Assembly: GCA_903908245.1 (NCBI GenBank)
Contig: CAIVRE010000014.1
Location: 31,963-95,962 of the forward strand
Direction: 5' to 3'
Origin: Candidatus Omnitrophota bacterium
GTDB lineage: Bacteria; Omnitrophota; Gorgyraeia; Zapsychrales; Fredricksoniimonadaceae
Length of the DNA stretch: 64,000 nt
Of the stretch, positions 10,558-19,056 are shown piece after piece. How positions within the stretch are numbered: the stretch's first letter is position 1; the number at the start of each line of letters is the position of its first letter. Made by a program: the position numbers and the translations under genes. The notes under the pieces were generated by a model that was not told the origin of the DNA, searched no databases, and saw only the letters and a list, made by a program, of their open reading frames with translations.

Positions 10558-10956
10558 TCATTTCTTAAAACAAACACTGCAAGGCTTATAACCATCCTTC
10601 TCGGCCGCAGCCGCATCCTTATAATAGACCTTGTTGGCCGTGTCCATATTGCCGACCATTTTGCAGGACTGCTTGTGATACTTCTGGCCGCCCTTGGTCG
10701 CCACCAGCGCATCGGCTGAAGTCGGAGGGTTGCAGGTTTTACACGCGGTATACCCCGCCTTTATCGCCGCCTCGGGCGACGCAAACTTCACCAGCTTTTC
10801 AGCCGGGATCTTCTTGGCCACCGGGCATGAAACAACATGGAACTTTTCGCCGCCCTTACTGGCCACATAACCCGCTCCCGTCTCCTGCGCCATCGCGACA
10901 CCGGAAAGCAAAAGCATTAACGCGCCTGACATTAAAACAGATACGATCTTTTTCAT
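10558..10956 (-). CDS. Exported protein with two Ada-like metal-binding domains
   Basis: Signal peptide (AMA|Q). Two repeats: KFH...C...GYTACKTC and KYH...C...GYKPCSVC. Confidence 0.75.
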   Translation of the reverse strand: MKKIVSVLMSGALMLLLSGVAMAQETGAGYVASKGGEKFHVVSCPVAKKIPAEKLVKFASPEAAIKAGYTACKTCNPPTSADALVATKGGQKYHKQSCKMVGNMDTANKVYYKDAAAAEKDGYKPCSVCFKK

Positions 10957-10976
10957 ACCACACCTCCACGTTTAAG

Positions 10977-11050
10977 AATTAGGGGGACACTTTACTTAAT
11001 TCATCAAGTGCATAAAACAAGCGATTTGAATTAAGTAAAGTGTCCCCCTA
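10977..11050. repeat. Inverted repeat family A, copy 2
   Basis: TAGGGGGACACTTTACTTAATTCA (10980-11003) pairs with 11027-11050. Arms match copy 1; the 23-nt loop differs. Confidence 0.95.
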
Positions 11051-11061
11051 TTTATTATTTA

Positions 11062-12306
11062 TTAACGCCTGCGGAACCTTCCGCCGGCACCGGCACGGGG
11101 ACGGAAACTGCGCCCGCCGAACTTCTTGACACCACCAGCCGGAGCATGCACGGACGGCGGCTTAAGCCAGAACTCCTGCGCCGGAACTTCAGGATGGGTC
11201 GCGACCGGAATATCGATCTGCACCAGTTTCTGAATGCTGCGCACCTCTTCGAACTGATCAGGTGTTGCAAAAGAAATGGCGCGGCCTTCCAGTCCCGCAC
11301 GCGCAGTGCGTCCGATACGATGCACATAATTATCAGCATCATCAGGCAAGTCGTAATTAATGACCAGTTCAATGTTCTTCACATCAATACCGCGGGCGGC
11401 GATATCCGTTGCCACCAGCACACGGTAACGGCCGACCTTGAAGCCTTCCAGCGCGGCTTTGCGCTGTCCGAGCGAACGGTCGGAATGGATCTCCGCCGCG
11501 TTGATATTCATTTTTTTAAGGTCCATCGTGATCTTGCGCGCGCCATGTTTGGTGCGGCTGAACACCAGGACCGAACCGCGGTACTGGGCAAGGACCTTCT
11601 GCAAAAGAAGATTCTTCTGCTCGCGATTAATAATATAAAGCTCCTGCGTCACATTGGTAGCAACTGTCCCCGAACGGGCGACTTCAATATGAATAGGAAG
11701 CTTCATGTGTCGGGACGTTAACGTCATGATCTCGCGCGGCATCGTTGCCGAGAAAAGCATGGTCTGGCGTTCCTTGGGAATAAAACGGAGGATCTGCTCG
11801 ATCTGCGGCGCAAAACCCATATCGAACATGCGGTCAGCCTCGTCAAGGACAAGGATGCTCACATTGTCCAGCTTGAGCGTATGACGCTCGGTCACATGGT
11901 CGATCAGACGGCCGGGTGTCGCCACGATCACACGGGGATTGCGGCGCAAGCCGCGGATCTGCTCGTCCATCGGCGCGCCGCCGATAAGAACGACCGACTG
12001 AATACCAAAAGCCGGCGCCACCTTGCGGATAGTCTCTTCAACCTGATATGCCAGCTCACGCGTAGGCACCAGGATAAGGCCAATGCCTTTTCCCGCCGCC
12101 AGGCGCTGAACCATCGGAATGGCGAACGCAAGCGTCTTGCCTGTTCCGGTCTGAGCCACACCCATCACGTCTTTCCCTTCGATAGCAAGGGGGATCGCTT
12201 TGTGCTGAATCGGTGTCGGCGTCTTGAACTTCATCTTTTCAAGCATTTCCAACACTTTGGGCGCGATACCGAGCCCATAAAAACTTGTTTCCTGATTTTC
12301 ACTCAT
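11062..12306 (-). CDS. DEAD-box RNA helicase (RhlE-like)
   Basis: Q motif, AQTGTGKT, PTRELA, LDEADRMFDMGF, SAT, HRIGRTARAG. Confidence 0.95.
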   Translation of the reverse strand: MSENQETSFYGLGIAPKVLEMLEKMKFKTPTPIQHKAIPLAIEGKDVMGVAQTGTGKTLAFAIPMVQRLAAGKGIGLILVPTRELAYQVEETIRKVAPAFGIQSVVLIGGAPMDEQIRGLRRNPRVIVATPGRLIDHVTERHTLKLDNVSILVLDEADRMFDMGFAPQIEQILRFIPKERQTMLFSATMPREIMTLTSRHMKLPIHIEVARSGTVATNVTQELYIINREQKNLLLQKVLAQYRGSVLVFSRTKHGARKITMDLKKMNINAAEIHSDRSLGQRKAALEGFKVGRYRVLVATDIAARGIDVKNIELVINYDLPDDADNYVHRIGRTARAGLEGRAISFATPDQFEEVRSIQKLVQIDIPVATHPEVPAQEFWLKPPSVHAPAGGVKKFGGRSFRPRAGAGGRFRRR

Positions 12307-12572
12307 AATACTTTCTTCTTTCTGTTTTTGTTAAACGCACTTGGACACAGCCGGCAAATATATAAATGCCCGGAAGGACAAGCCGCATAACACAACAGGG
12401 GCCTATCCATTTAAGTATTTTAACGATCATGTTCTTGTGCTCAATGCCGACCCTGAAAGCAAAACCGGCACACGAATGGCAGGACAATGCGGGTAGGACA
12501 TTTGATTTAACGGGGAGAGTATAACACACGATCCGGAATTTTGCTAAAAATAATTTTTCTGTACAACTGTCA

Positions 12573-13913
12573 TCACTTTAAGATACGCGCAGAAATAACA
12601 CGCTCAAGAAGAGAACCTTTGGCAGACCCGGCGCCAAGGTCCAGTGTGGTCACGGCCACGCGGCCTATGACACGCGCACGTTGACTGCCATCGGGCATCG
12701 GCTCGCGATAAGCCCAGGCGGAATGAATGGCATAAGGCTTGTCCTTGTAACTTCCAAGATACAATACAATATGCCCTTGCAGGCGAAGAATAGTGGCAGC
12801 GCCCAGCCCCTTGGCCACGATCCCGGATGACTTTTCAGCGGCAGAAAGTTTTTCATTGAACCCCCCCAGCATCGATCCGGCCTTCCCCTGCTCGGCGGAA
12901 TTCCTGGGCAATTGAATGCCCACAGACGCGAACACCATCTGCAAGAACCGGGAACAATCCTGTCCGCCGTTCATATCGCCCCAGCCATAGGGAGAATCCA
13001 GCAGTTTGAACGCCTGTTCATAGACCGCGCGCGGTGTATACGCCAAAGGGCCGGCCGAAGCGTCTTTCCTTGGAATATACGCTTTAACGAACTTGACCTC
13101 GCCACCCGGGCCAGCCGCAGGCACCTCCACCGCCCAAGATTCCGCCGAAACACTTTTATACGCGAACGCGGCCCCCATCCGGACAGCCGAAAGATACTCG
13201 GTCATTTCCTTATCCAGAAAGAGATCCGCCCTGGCGCTGGTAATGACCACCACCCTACCGGAGAGGGTGGAGGAAAAAACATCGCGCGATGTGCGGGCCA
13301 CGCTCGCTGTCGATACCCACCCGGAACTGATCGCATCATGAACAAAAAGCCATTGGCGATCGCGGCTATGCGCAAGCACGATCACTGGCTCGCCAAACCC
13401 AAGGCCGCTATTCTGAAGCTCGTCAAAATCCACATCCCCCGGATCGGCATAAAGCGGGCTGGCCGTAGGCAAAAGCCTCAAAGCCGCAGGCTTGATGATA
13501 AAACCGAATAACACCCCCACCTTTTCAGGAACAGAATCCACCTCGCGATAAAAACCGCTGATAAGATCCGGGCTCACCGTCTTTCCATCAACACCGAACA
13601 AAGTCCGCTTCTTCAACCCGTCAATGATCTCCGAAAGCTCGGCACGCACCTTGGCCCCCGGCAGCACCTCAGGCACGCGCGCAAGATCTTCGGTCAACCC
13701 GGCCGATACAAGTCGCCGATTCAAGGCCGCCACGCCCTGGGGCCCGAGGATCGGCTCATCAGGCGAAGGATGCCGTGCGACCCAGAACCCGGCTGTGCGC
13801 ATTTCATTGATCACGCCAGGCAGGACACCTGGCGCGGCATAGTTCACCTTCACCTCATCACCCCAGGCCGAACAAACGATCAGGCTGAAAACAACCGACA
13901 GAATTGCGCGCAT
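12573..13913 (-). CDS. SH3 + NlpC/P60 peptidoglycan endopeptidase
   Basis: Signal peptide, SH3b-like region, PYGWG...DCSRF, GHIVLYLG, AIHS catalytic motifs. Confidence 0.85.
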   Translation of the reverse strand: MRAILSVVFSLIVCSAWGDEVKVNYAAPGVLPGVINEMRTAGFWVARHPSPDEPILGPQGVAALNRRLVSAGLTEDLARVPEVLPGAKVRAELSEIIDGLKKRTLFGVDGKTVSPDLISGFYREVDSVPEKVGVLFGFIIKPAALRLLPTASPLYADPGDVDFDELQNSGLGFGEPVIVLAHSRDRQWLFVHDAISSGWVSTASVARTSRDVFSSTLSGRVVVITSARADLFLDKEMTEYLSAVRMGAAFAYKSVSAESWAVEVPAAGPGGEVKFVKAYIPRKDASAGPLAYTPRAVYEQAFKLLDSPYGWGDMNGGQDCSRFLQMVFASVGIQLPRNSAEQGKAGSMLGGFNEKLSAAEKSSGIVAKGLGAATILRLQGHIVLYLGSYKDKPYAIHSAWAYREPMPDGSQRARVIGRVAVTTLDLGAGSAKGSLLERVISARILK

Positions 13914-15046
13914 AATATCCCCAGATAAGTTCCAACAATATTCCCTGTAATGGCCAGAAGCAACCCGACCGATGCCAGTCCCGGCTCATAAACAGCCGCC
14001 ACCACCGGCGCGGACGCCACCCCGCCGATATTCGCCTGGCTGGCCGCCGCCACCAAAAACAGCGGGGCACGCAAGATCCTGGCGCCTGCCAACAAAAATA
14101 TCAAATGGACCGCGATAATAACAAAACCGCCGATGATCAGAACAAGCGACGCTCCTAAATTCGACAGCGAGGCTTTCGAGCCGATCGCTGTAAGCACAAA
14201 ATACAAAAGCCAATAACCCGCCTTTGTCGCTCCGGCGCTCTCAAGTTTTCTGACGGGTGTGAACGAAAACCCGAGGCCCATGGCACTGACAATAATGATC
14301 GTCCAGGCATAAGGGCTCAAGATATCTTTGACCTGCGGCATAAACCGGGCGGCATACTGTGCTAAAGAACCGGCGACCAGCGCGCATGACAGAAGAAACA
14401 CACCGCCAGGCAGCGTCAGCCTGACCGTAACAGCCTTTATGCCCTCCGCCTTTGCCTTAAGGCTATCGAGCACCGACCGGTCCGAATGATTCCAACGGTC
14501 GAACGCCGGCTGCCATTTGACCGCCGCGATCAAAAGCCCCATCCACACATACGGCACGATCGTATCGACCACCACCATCGGCAGAAAAACCTGGTCCGGC
14601 ACCGACATCGCCTCTTTGACCGCGATCATATTGGCGCTTCCGCCCGTCCAGGACGCCGACAATGCACCGAACCCTGCCCAGAACTCCGACCCGACCCGAT
14701 GCTTCACCAGAATATACGCCACCGCCGCGCCGACGATCACGCCGGCACTGCCGATAAAGAACATCCCCAATGCTTTTCCACCCAGCCGGAATATGGCGCG
14801 GACATCCACTGTCACCAGGAGAAGGAACAATGACATCGGCAGGATGTTCGACGTGATCAGCCCCAGCACCGGCGCCTTGGGGTCAATTAACCCGAAAGTC
14901 GAAGCAAGCATCGGCAAGAAATAAATAAAGAACACCGAAGGAAGAACATTAAAAACAGGATCAAAACGCTTGTTCCGCGCGGCTAAAAGGACCACTAATT
15001 CAATAAAGCCAAGGACAAAGACAATGGCAAAAGAAGTTCTTAACAG
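13880..15046 (-). CDS. DUF819 family membrane protein
   Basis: SASWTGGSANM and ASQANIGGVASAP motifs. Frame open upstream to a CTG at 15046, 8 nt after AGGAGG; the ORF track starts at GTG 14995. Confidence 0.85.
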   Translation of the reverse strand: MLRTSFAIVFVLGFIELVVLLAARNKRFDPVFNVLPSVFFIYFLPMLASTFGLIDPKAPVLGLITSNILPMSLFLLLVTVDVRAIFRLGGKALGMFFIGSAGVIVGAAVAYILVKHRVGSEFWAGFGALSASWTGGSANMIAVKEAMSVPDQVFLPMVVVDTIVPYVWMGLLIAAVKWQPAFDRWNHSDRSVLDSLKAKAEGIKAVTVRLTLPGGVFLLSCALVAGSLAQYAARFMPQVKDILSPYAWTIIIVSAMGLGFSFTPVRKLESAGATKAGYWLLYFVLTAIGSKASLSNLGASLVLIIGGFVIIAVHLIFLLAGARILRAPLFLVAAASQANIGGVASAPVVAAVYEPGLASVGLLLAITGNIVGTYLGILCAQFCRLFSA

Positions 15047-15087
15047 GGCGCTATCCTCCTTACTGTTCGATCCATCTGAAGAACATC

Positions 15088-15116
15088 ATAATATTCATTA
15101 AGAAAGCGCGCGTCAA
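15088..15116 (-). promoter_or_regulatory. Sigma70-type promoter for DUF819-NlpC/P60
   Basis: TTGACG-17 nt-TATTAT on the minus strand. Confidence 0.6.
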
Positions 15117-15152
15117 CACAATAGCGGATACGCCTGGCATCCCGAAACCTCT

Positions 15153-15779
15153 TTACATCCTGTACTCAATGACCCATTCCGTTGAAGGCAGAGACAACCT
15201 GACTTCTTTGTAATCAGCGCCCAATACCCCCTGCGCCTCCGCCTCTTTGCCAAGACAAATGATCTTATACGCCTTGGCCTTATCCAAGCCGACGGCCTTG
15301 ATAAAAAATGGCGTGCGCACCATCATGGAAACAAGCCCTATGACCTTGCCGTCCTTCATGACCGGATAACGCATGGCAATCAGCCTGGGTTGCACAATAC
15401 TGCCATGGGCCGGCTCAGACAACTGAGGGCCAGGAGCATCCTTTAATTTCTGCTGAAAATAATGTAACGGCGCGACCTTCTTCAGGTCAAACCCGCGGGC
15501 AAGAAAGTGCGACGGGAAAAGGACCTGCCGGATCACCCATTTCTCGTCAATAAAAGACCCGCCGAAGATCCCCGGCACACCGGCCACGACAGGCTTCATC
15601 GCTTCGCGAAAAGTCAGCTGATCGGGCTGCTTGTCCGCCGCCAGCTTAAGCTTCGCAAAAACATCGTCAAAATAGGCCTGTGCTTTCTGCCCCACCGCAT
15701 CATCGGCCGGAACAGGCGCTGCGCATGCGATACTGAACATCCCGAATAAAAACAACACCCCCAAAAGGATCCTTTTCAT
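15153..15779 (-). CDS. Stand-alone exported Cache-like ligand-binding protein
   Basis: Signal peptide; 'PQLSEP...RLIAMRYPVMKDGKVIGLVSM' resembles the Cache domain core; no TM or signalling domain. ATGA overlap with the upstream methyltransferase. Confidence 0.5.
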   Translation of the reverse strand: MKRILLGVLFLFGMFSIACAAPVPADDAVGQKAQAYFDDVFAKLKLAADKQPDQLTFREAMKPVVAGVPGIFGGSFIDEKWVIRQVLFPSHFLARGFDLKKVAPLHYFQQKLKDAPGPQLSEPAHGSIVQPRLIAMRYPVMKDGKVIGLVSMMVRTPFFIKAVGLDKAKAYKIICLGKEAEAQGVLGADYKEVRLSLPSTEWVIEYRM

Positions 15780-16432
15780 ACATTTCCTTTCATTAATTTG
15801 AACACGGTAATATACCCCTGATAATGTGCCACGGTCTCAAAAGCCCCGAAGCGGGACCGTTCCATGGCCAAACGGAGCTTCCCTTCGATATTCTCCCGGA
15901 TCTCTTCCTGCTGGAACAGGAAATACCCGGCCCAGGCGCAGATCTTCCCGAAAATATTCGTCGGGATATCCACGTCGACAATGATCAGCGCTCCCCCCGG
16001 CTTTAACACGCGGAACGCCTCATCCAGGGCGCGGACCTTCAATCCAAAGTCGATATGGTGAAAAAAGAATGTCGAGATGCTGTGGTCAAAACTGGCATCA
16101 AAGAACGGTAAAGCCTCTGCCGCCGCAACGTCAAAATAAACATTGGCAAACCCCCTCGCCTTACGGATAGCGACATCGATCATTTTGGGCGCGGCATCCA
16201 CTCCGCTCACCCGGCCGCTCCTTTCAGCCAAAATCCGGCCAGCCTCAACAGTCAACGTCCCCGTACCGCAGCCGATATCCAGGACCGCAACGATATCAGG
16301 AGACGAAAGGAACTCCAGACAAACCCGGGACATGCGCGCTTCCTGTCCGAATAACATCAACGGGCTCAAGACATCATAAACAGCCGCAACATGATCCAGC
16401 GTCCGCCCTCTGGTCAGCGTCTTCGCGATCAT
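15776..16432 (-). CDS. Class I SAM-dependent methyltransferase (UbiE-like)
   Basis: VLDIGCGTG, AEALPFFDASFD, RVLKPGG. Start set at ATG 16432, overlapping the upstream stop (ATGA). Confidence 0.88.
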   Translation of the reverse strand: MIAKTLTRGRTLDHVAAVYDVLSPLMLFGQEARMSRVCLEFLSSPDIVAVLDIGCGTGTLTVEAGRILAERSGRVSGVDAAPKMIDVAIRKARGFANVYFDVAAAEALPFFDASFDHSISTFFFHHIDFGLKVRALDEAFRVLKPGGALIIVDVDIPTNIFGKICAWAGYFLFQQEEIRENIEGKLRLAMERSRFGAFETVAHYQGYITVFKLMKGNV

Positions 16433-17463
16433 TCCAGCCACCTCACAGACCTCTCCACGTCCAACGCCTTGAACATCCACAGGACGACCGCCCGGGCATA
16501 TTCCTCCTTAAGGCCAAGCCCGCATTCATTGAGGTGGCGCAGGCCGTCGAGCATATACCCGTACCCCATGCGCGCGACAGGAGCAAGTTCATCCTGAAAT
16601 TCGGAAAATATCGGTTGCTCCACAGACAACCCGCCTTCCATGGCCTGCAGGCGCCTGAATGCCGATGGATGTTGATGCACCATCAGCGAAAGGGCATAAT
16701 TCTGCCGCCGCTCAAGATGATCCCGGGCCAGGTCTCTTATGTCATCAAGCAACTGACAACCGAGCCCGAACTGCCCCAGGCCCTGCCGGCATTCGGCCAG
16801 CACCCTGCGGTCGGGCGCCTTCTCGATCTTCTCCGGGCCGAAAAGCGGCAAATGGAACAAAAGCCCGGTCTTAAGCTGATGGATGGTATCAAGCACATAT
16901 CCCGGCGGAGGGCGCTTCTCGATTCCACCCTCCTCCGACGCCTCTTCCGCGGCGCTAGGCAGAAGGACCTGGAGCGTCCCGTCCGAAACAATACGGGCCT
17001 CTTCCCTCGTGATAATGCCGCCGGAAACAGCATCGTCCAAAAAACGGGCCAGGATCCGGTCCGCAGCCATGATCACCACGACCTGGCGCATGACCCTGGA
17101 ATCCACCGGCATCCTGACCGAAAAGGAAACCTTGTCCTCCCCGTCCAACAGGTTGTCCGCCGATGTGACCCAGATACGAAAAAGATAATTGATCCGGCCG
17201 TACAGCATCCGCCGCTCCGGGGAAATGCCCAGGAAACCGTACACGGCCTGAAAAAGCGCGGAGAAGAAATTCCGGTGCGGCATGTACATTTCAGGAGGCA
17301 AAGAACCGGCCCTGATCATGAACTCCTTCTGCGTCAGGGACGGCGAGATCACCACCTCCCGTCCCGCTTTTTCAACGTCGCTCAAGCACTGGCGGCATTC
17401 ATCGAACGACGCGCGCAGGACTTTATTGACCGAGAACGCGCGGGAAATATCCAGGATCAACAT
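16429..17463 (-). CDS. Class I isoprenoid synthase / polyprenyl synthetase-fold protein
   Basis: Variant first Asp motif ADNLLDGED, 'LKTG' motif, second motif GLGCQLLDDIRD. Confidence 0.7.
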   Translation of the reverse strand: MLILDISRAFSVNKVLRASFDECRQCLSDVEKAGREVVISPSLTQKEFMIRAGSLPPEMYMPHRNFFSALFQAVYGFLGISPERRMLYGRINYLFRIWVTSADNLLDGEDKVSFSVRMPVDSRVMRQVVVIMAADRILARFLDDAVSGGIITREEARIVSDGTLQVLLPSAAEEASEEGGIEKRPPPGYVLDTIHQLKTGLLFHLPLFGPEKIEKAPDRRVLAECRQGLGQFGLGCQLLDDIRDLARDHLERRQNYALSLMVHQHPSAFRRLQAMEGGLSVEQPIFSEFQDELAPVARMGYGYMLDGLRHLNECGLGLKEEYARAVVLWMFKALDVERSVRWLE

Positions 17464-18329
17464 AAACTGCCCCTCGCATAGTACTGTTGCAAATACGTGT
17501 CCAGGTCGATCTTGCCGCGCCGCTCCACTGAAACATCTACGACGGAAAAGAAGACGAGAAGTTTACCGAGCGCATAATATTGTGACGAGAACGGACGGAT
17601 CAGCCATAAGGCCAGCTCGCAGATCCAGACCGGGATAACAGAGACCGCCGGCGCCCTGTTCCAGACCCTGAAACAGGAATCGCAGATATCACGCCATGTC
17701 ATCTCCCTCGGCCCGCCGACGGAAATATAGGCATTGGAAAGATCAAACGCGCCGTCAACCATGAACAAGGCCAGTTCCCCGACTTCAACCGGTGCACAGG
17801 AAACATTGCCTCCGCCGATAATGTACATCCTCCCCTTCTGTGCAGTCCTGGCCATCTCCGCGAAATCACGCATGAACCCGCTCGCGCGGACAATGACCCA
17901 TTCGATCCCGCTTTTCTTAAGCGCCTCCTCGAACCTGAATTTCGCCTCCATGAGAGGAACGCCCTGCCTGGCGCCGATATCGGTCCCAACAGGTGAAATG
18001 AACACGAATTTCCTGACCCCCGCCCGCCTGGCTTCGGCAAGCAGGTTCATGTTCCCCTGATAATCCACGTCCATATGCGTCAGCCCGCCCCGCATCCGCG
18101 TGATGCCGATCACGGAAACGACGGTCTCGATCCCGGAACACGCCCCCGCCAGCGTGGAAGGCTTGGTGACATCGGCCACGATCCTGGACGACACCTTCCC
18201 GTCAAGGCCGCTGAATTCCCGGTCGGACAACCCGAGCCCGGAGGGATAAATGCCTTTCTTCACGAACGCGCCGACCAGCTCCCGCCCCAGCACTCCGCCG
18301 ACTCCCGCGATCAGAACTTTTTTGCTCAT
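17457..18329 (-). CDS. Atypical SDR / NAD(P)H-binding oxidoreductase
   Basis: VLIAGVGGVLG, VDYQGNMNLL, AGVRKFVFIS, EAK...E..LKKSGIEWVIVR. Confidence 0.85.
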   Translation of the reverse strand: MSKKVLIAGVGGVLGRELVGAFVKKGIYPSGLGLSDREFSGLDGKVSSRIVADVTKPSTLAGACSGIETVVSVIGITRMRGGLTHMDVDYQGNMNLLAEARRAGVRKFVFISPVGTDIGARQGVPLMEAKFRFEEALKKSGIEWVIVRASGFMRDFAEMARTAQKGRMYIIGGGNVSCAPVEVGELALFMVDGAFDLSNAYISVGGPREMTWRDICDSCFRVWNRAPAVSVIPVWICELALWLIRPFSSQYYALGKLLVFFSVVDVSVERRGKIDLDTYLQQYYARGSLC

Positions 18330-18461
18330 TATGTCCTCCCTGTCGATCTTCCCCTTACCCTGCTCTTCATGCCCTGCAATATTATGGACGGGCCATCCGG
18401 ATAAAAGAAGCGCAATGTCCCCTAAAACGCTCTTTGCAATGCAATCAATGGCGGAAATAAT

Positions 18462-18487
18462 AAAAAACCCCGCAAGAAATTGCAGGA
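18462..18487 (-). terminator. Intrinsic terminator after the response regulator
   Basis: Minus strand CCUGCAA-UUUC-UUGCGGG followed by a U6 tract. Confidence 0.65.
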
Positions 18488-18515
18488 TCAGAAGGAAGGG
18501 ACCGGAAAACCCGTG

Positions 18516-19055
18516 TCAGACGCCATATTTCTTTAACTTATACCAAAGATTGCGCTCCGAGATCCCCAGCAAACGGGCAGCCTCTGCCTTGACGCCGTGA
18601 GCGGCCTTAAGGGCTTTCTGAATGGCTTCTTTCTCTTTAGTGTCCAACTGGGACTGCAGATCAAATCCATCTGTCGCGGGAACCTGGTCTGTTGATACTT
18701 TCTGCATGACGTTCTTGACAGCCTGTACAAGCTCATCAACGCTAAATGGCTTGCGCATATAGTCACACGCCCCGTGCTTCAGGGTTTTCACCGCCGTATC
18801 CACCTCCGCGTGAGCCGTCGTCACGATCACCGGCAATTTGATCCCCAGGCGTTCCATTTCATAAATGAGTTCGACCCCGTCCATGACCGGCATGCGCACA
18901 TCGGTCACGACAACATCAACATGCTGATCGAACAGGATCTTCAACGCCTCCTGGCCGTTCGACGCGGTCAAAACATTGAACCCATGTTCCGGAAGCCCCA
19001 TCCGCAAGACCCTGAGCAACCGGGGCTCATCATCAACGATCAAGATGTCTGGCAT
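18516..19055 (-). CDS. Response regulator, receiver + Fis-type HTH (no AAA+ domain)
   Basis: ILIVDDE, TDVRMPVMDG, KPF; C-terminal AEAARLLGISERNLWYKLKKYG; only 179 aa. Confidence 0.88.
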   Translation of the reverse strand: MPDILIVDDEPRLLRVLRMGLPEHGFNVLTASNGQEALKILFDQHVDVVVTDVRMPVMDGVELIYEMERLGIKLPVIVTTAHAEVDTAVKTLKHGACDYMRKPFSVDELVQAVKNVMQKVSTDQVPATDGFDLQSQLDTKEKEAIQKALKAAHGVKAEAARLLGISERNLWYKLKKYGV

Positions 19056-19056
19056 A

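Noticed and set aside
1935-11050. CRISPR array from the repeated 24-30-mer
   Set aside because: The repeats are inverted pairs at two isolated sites, not direct repeats with regular spacers; no cas genes.
17457-18329. Divinyl chlorophyllide reductase (BciA) / photosynthesis gene
   Set aside because: Only a general atypical-SDR resemblance; no tetrapyrrole or photosynthesis genes nearby.
18361-18490. Sigma54 promoter and NtrC-type enhancer upstream of the SDR operon
   Set aside because: TGGC...TTGC spacing is wrong, the dyad is better explained as a terminator with a U-tract, and the regulator lacks AAA+.
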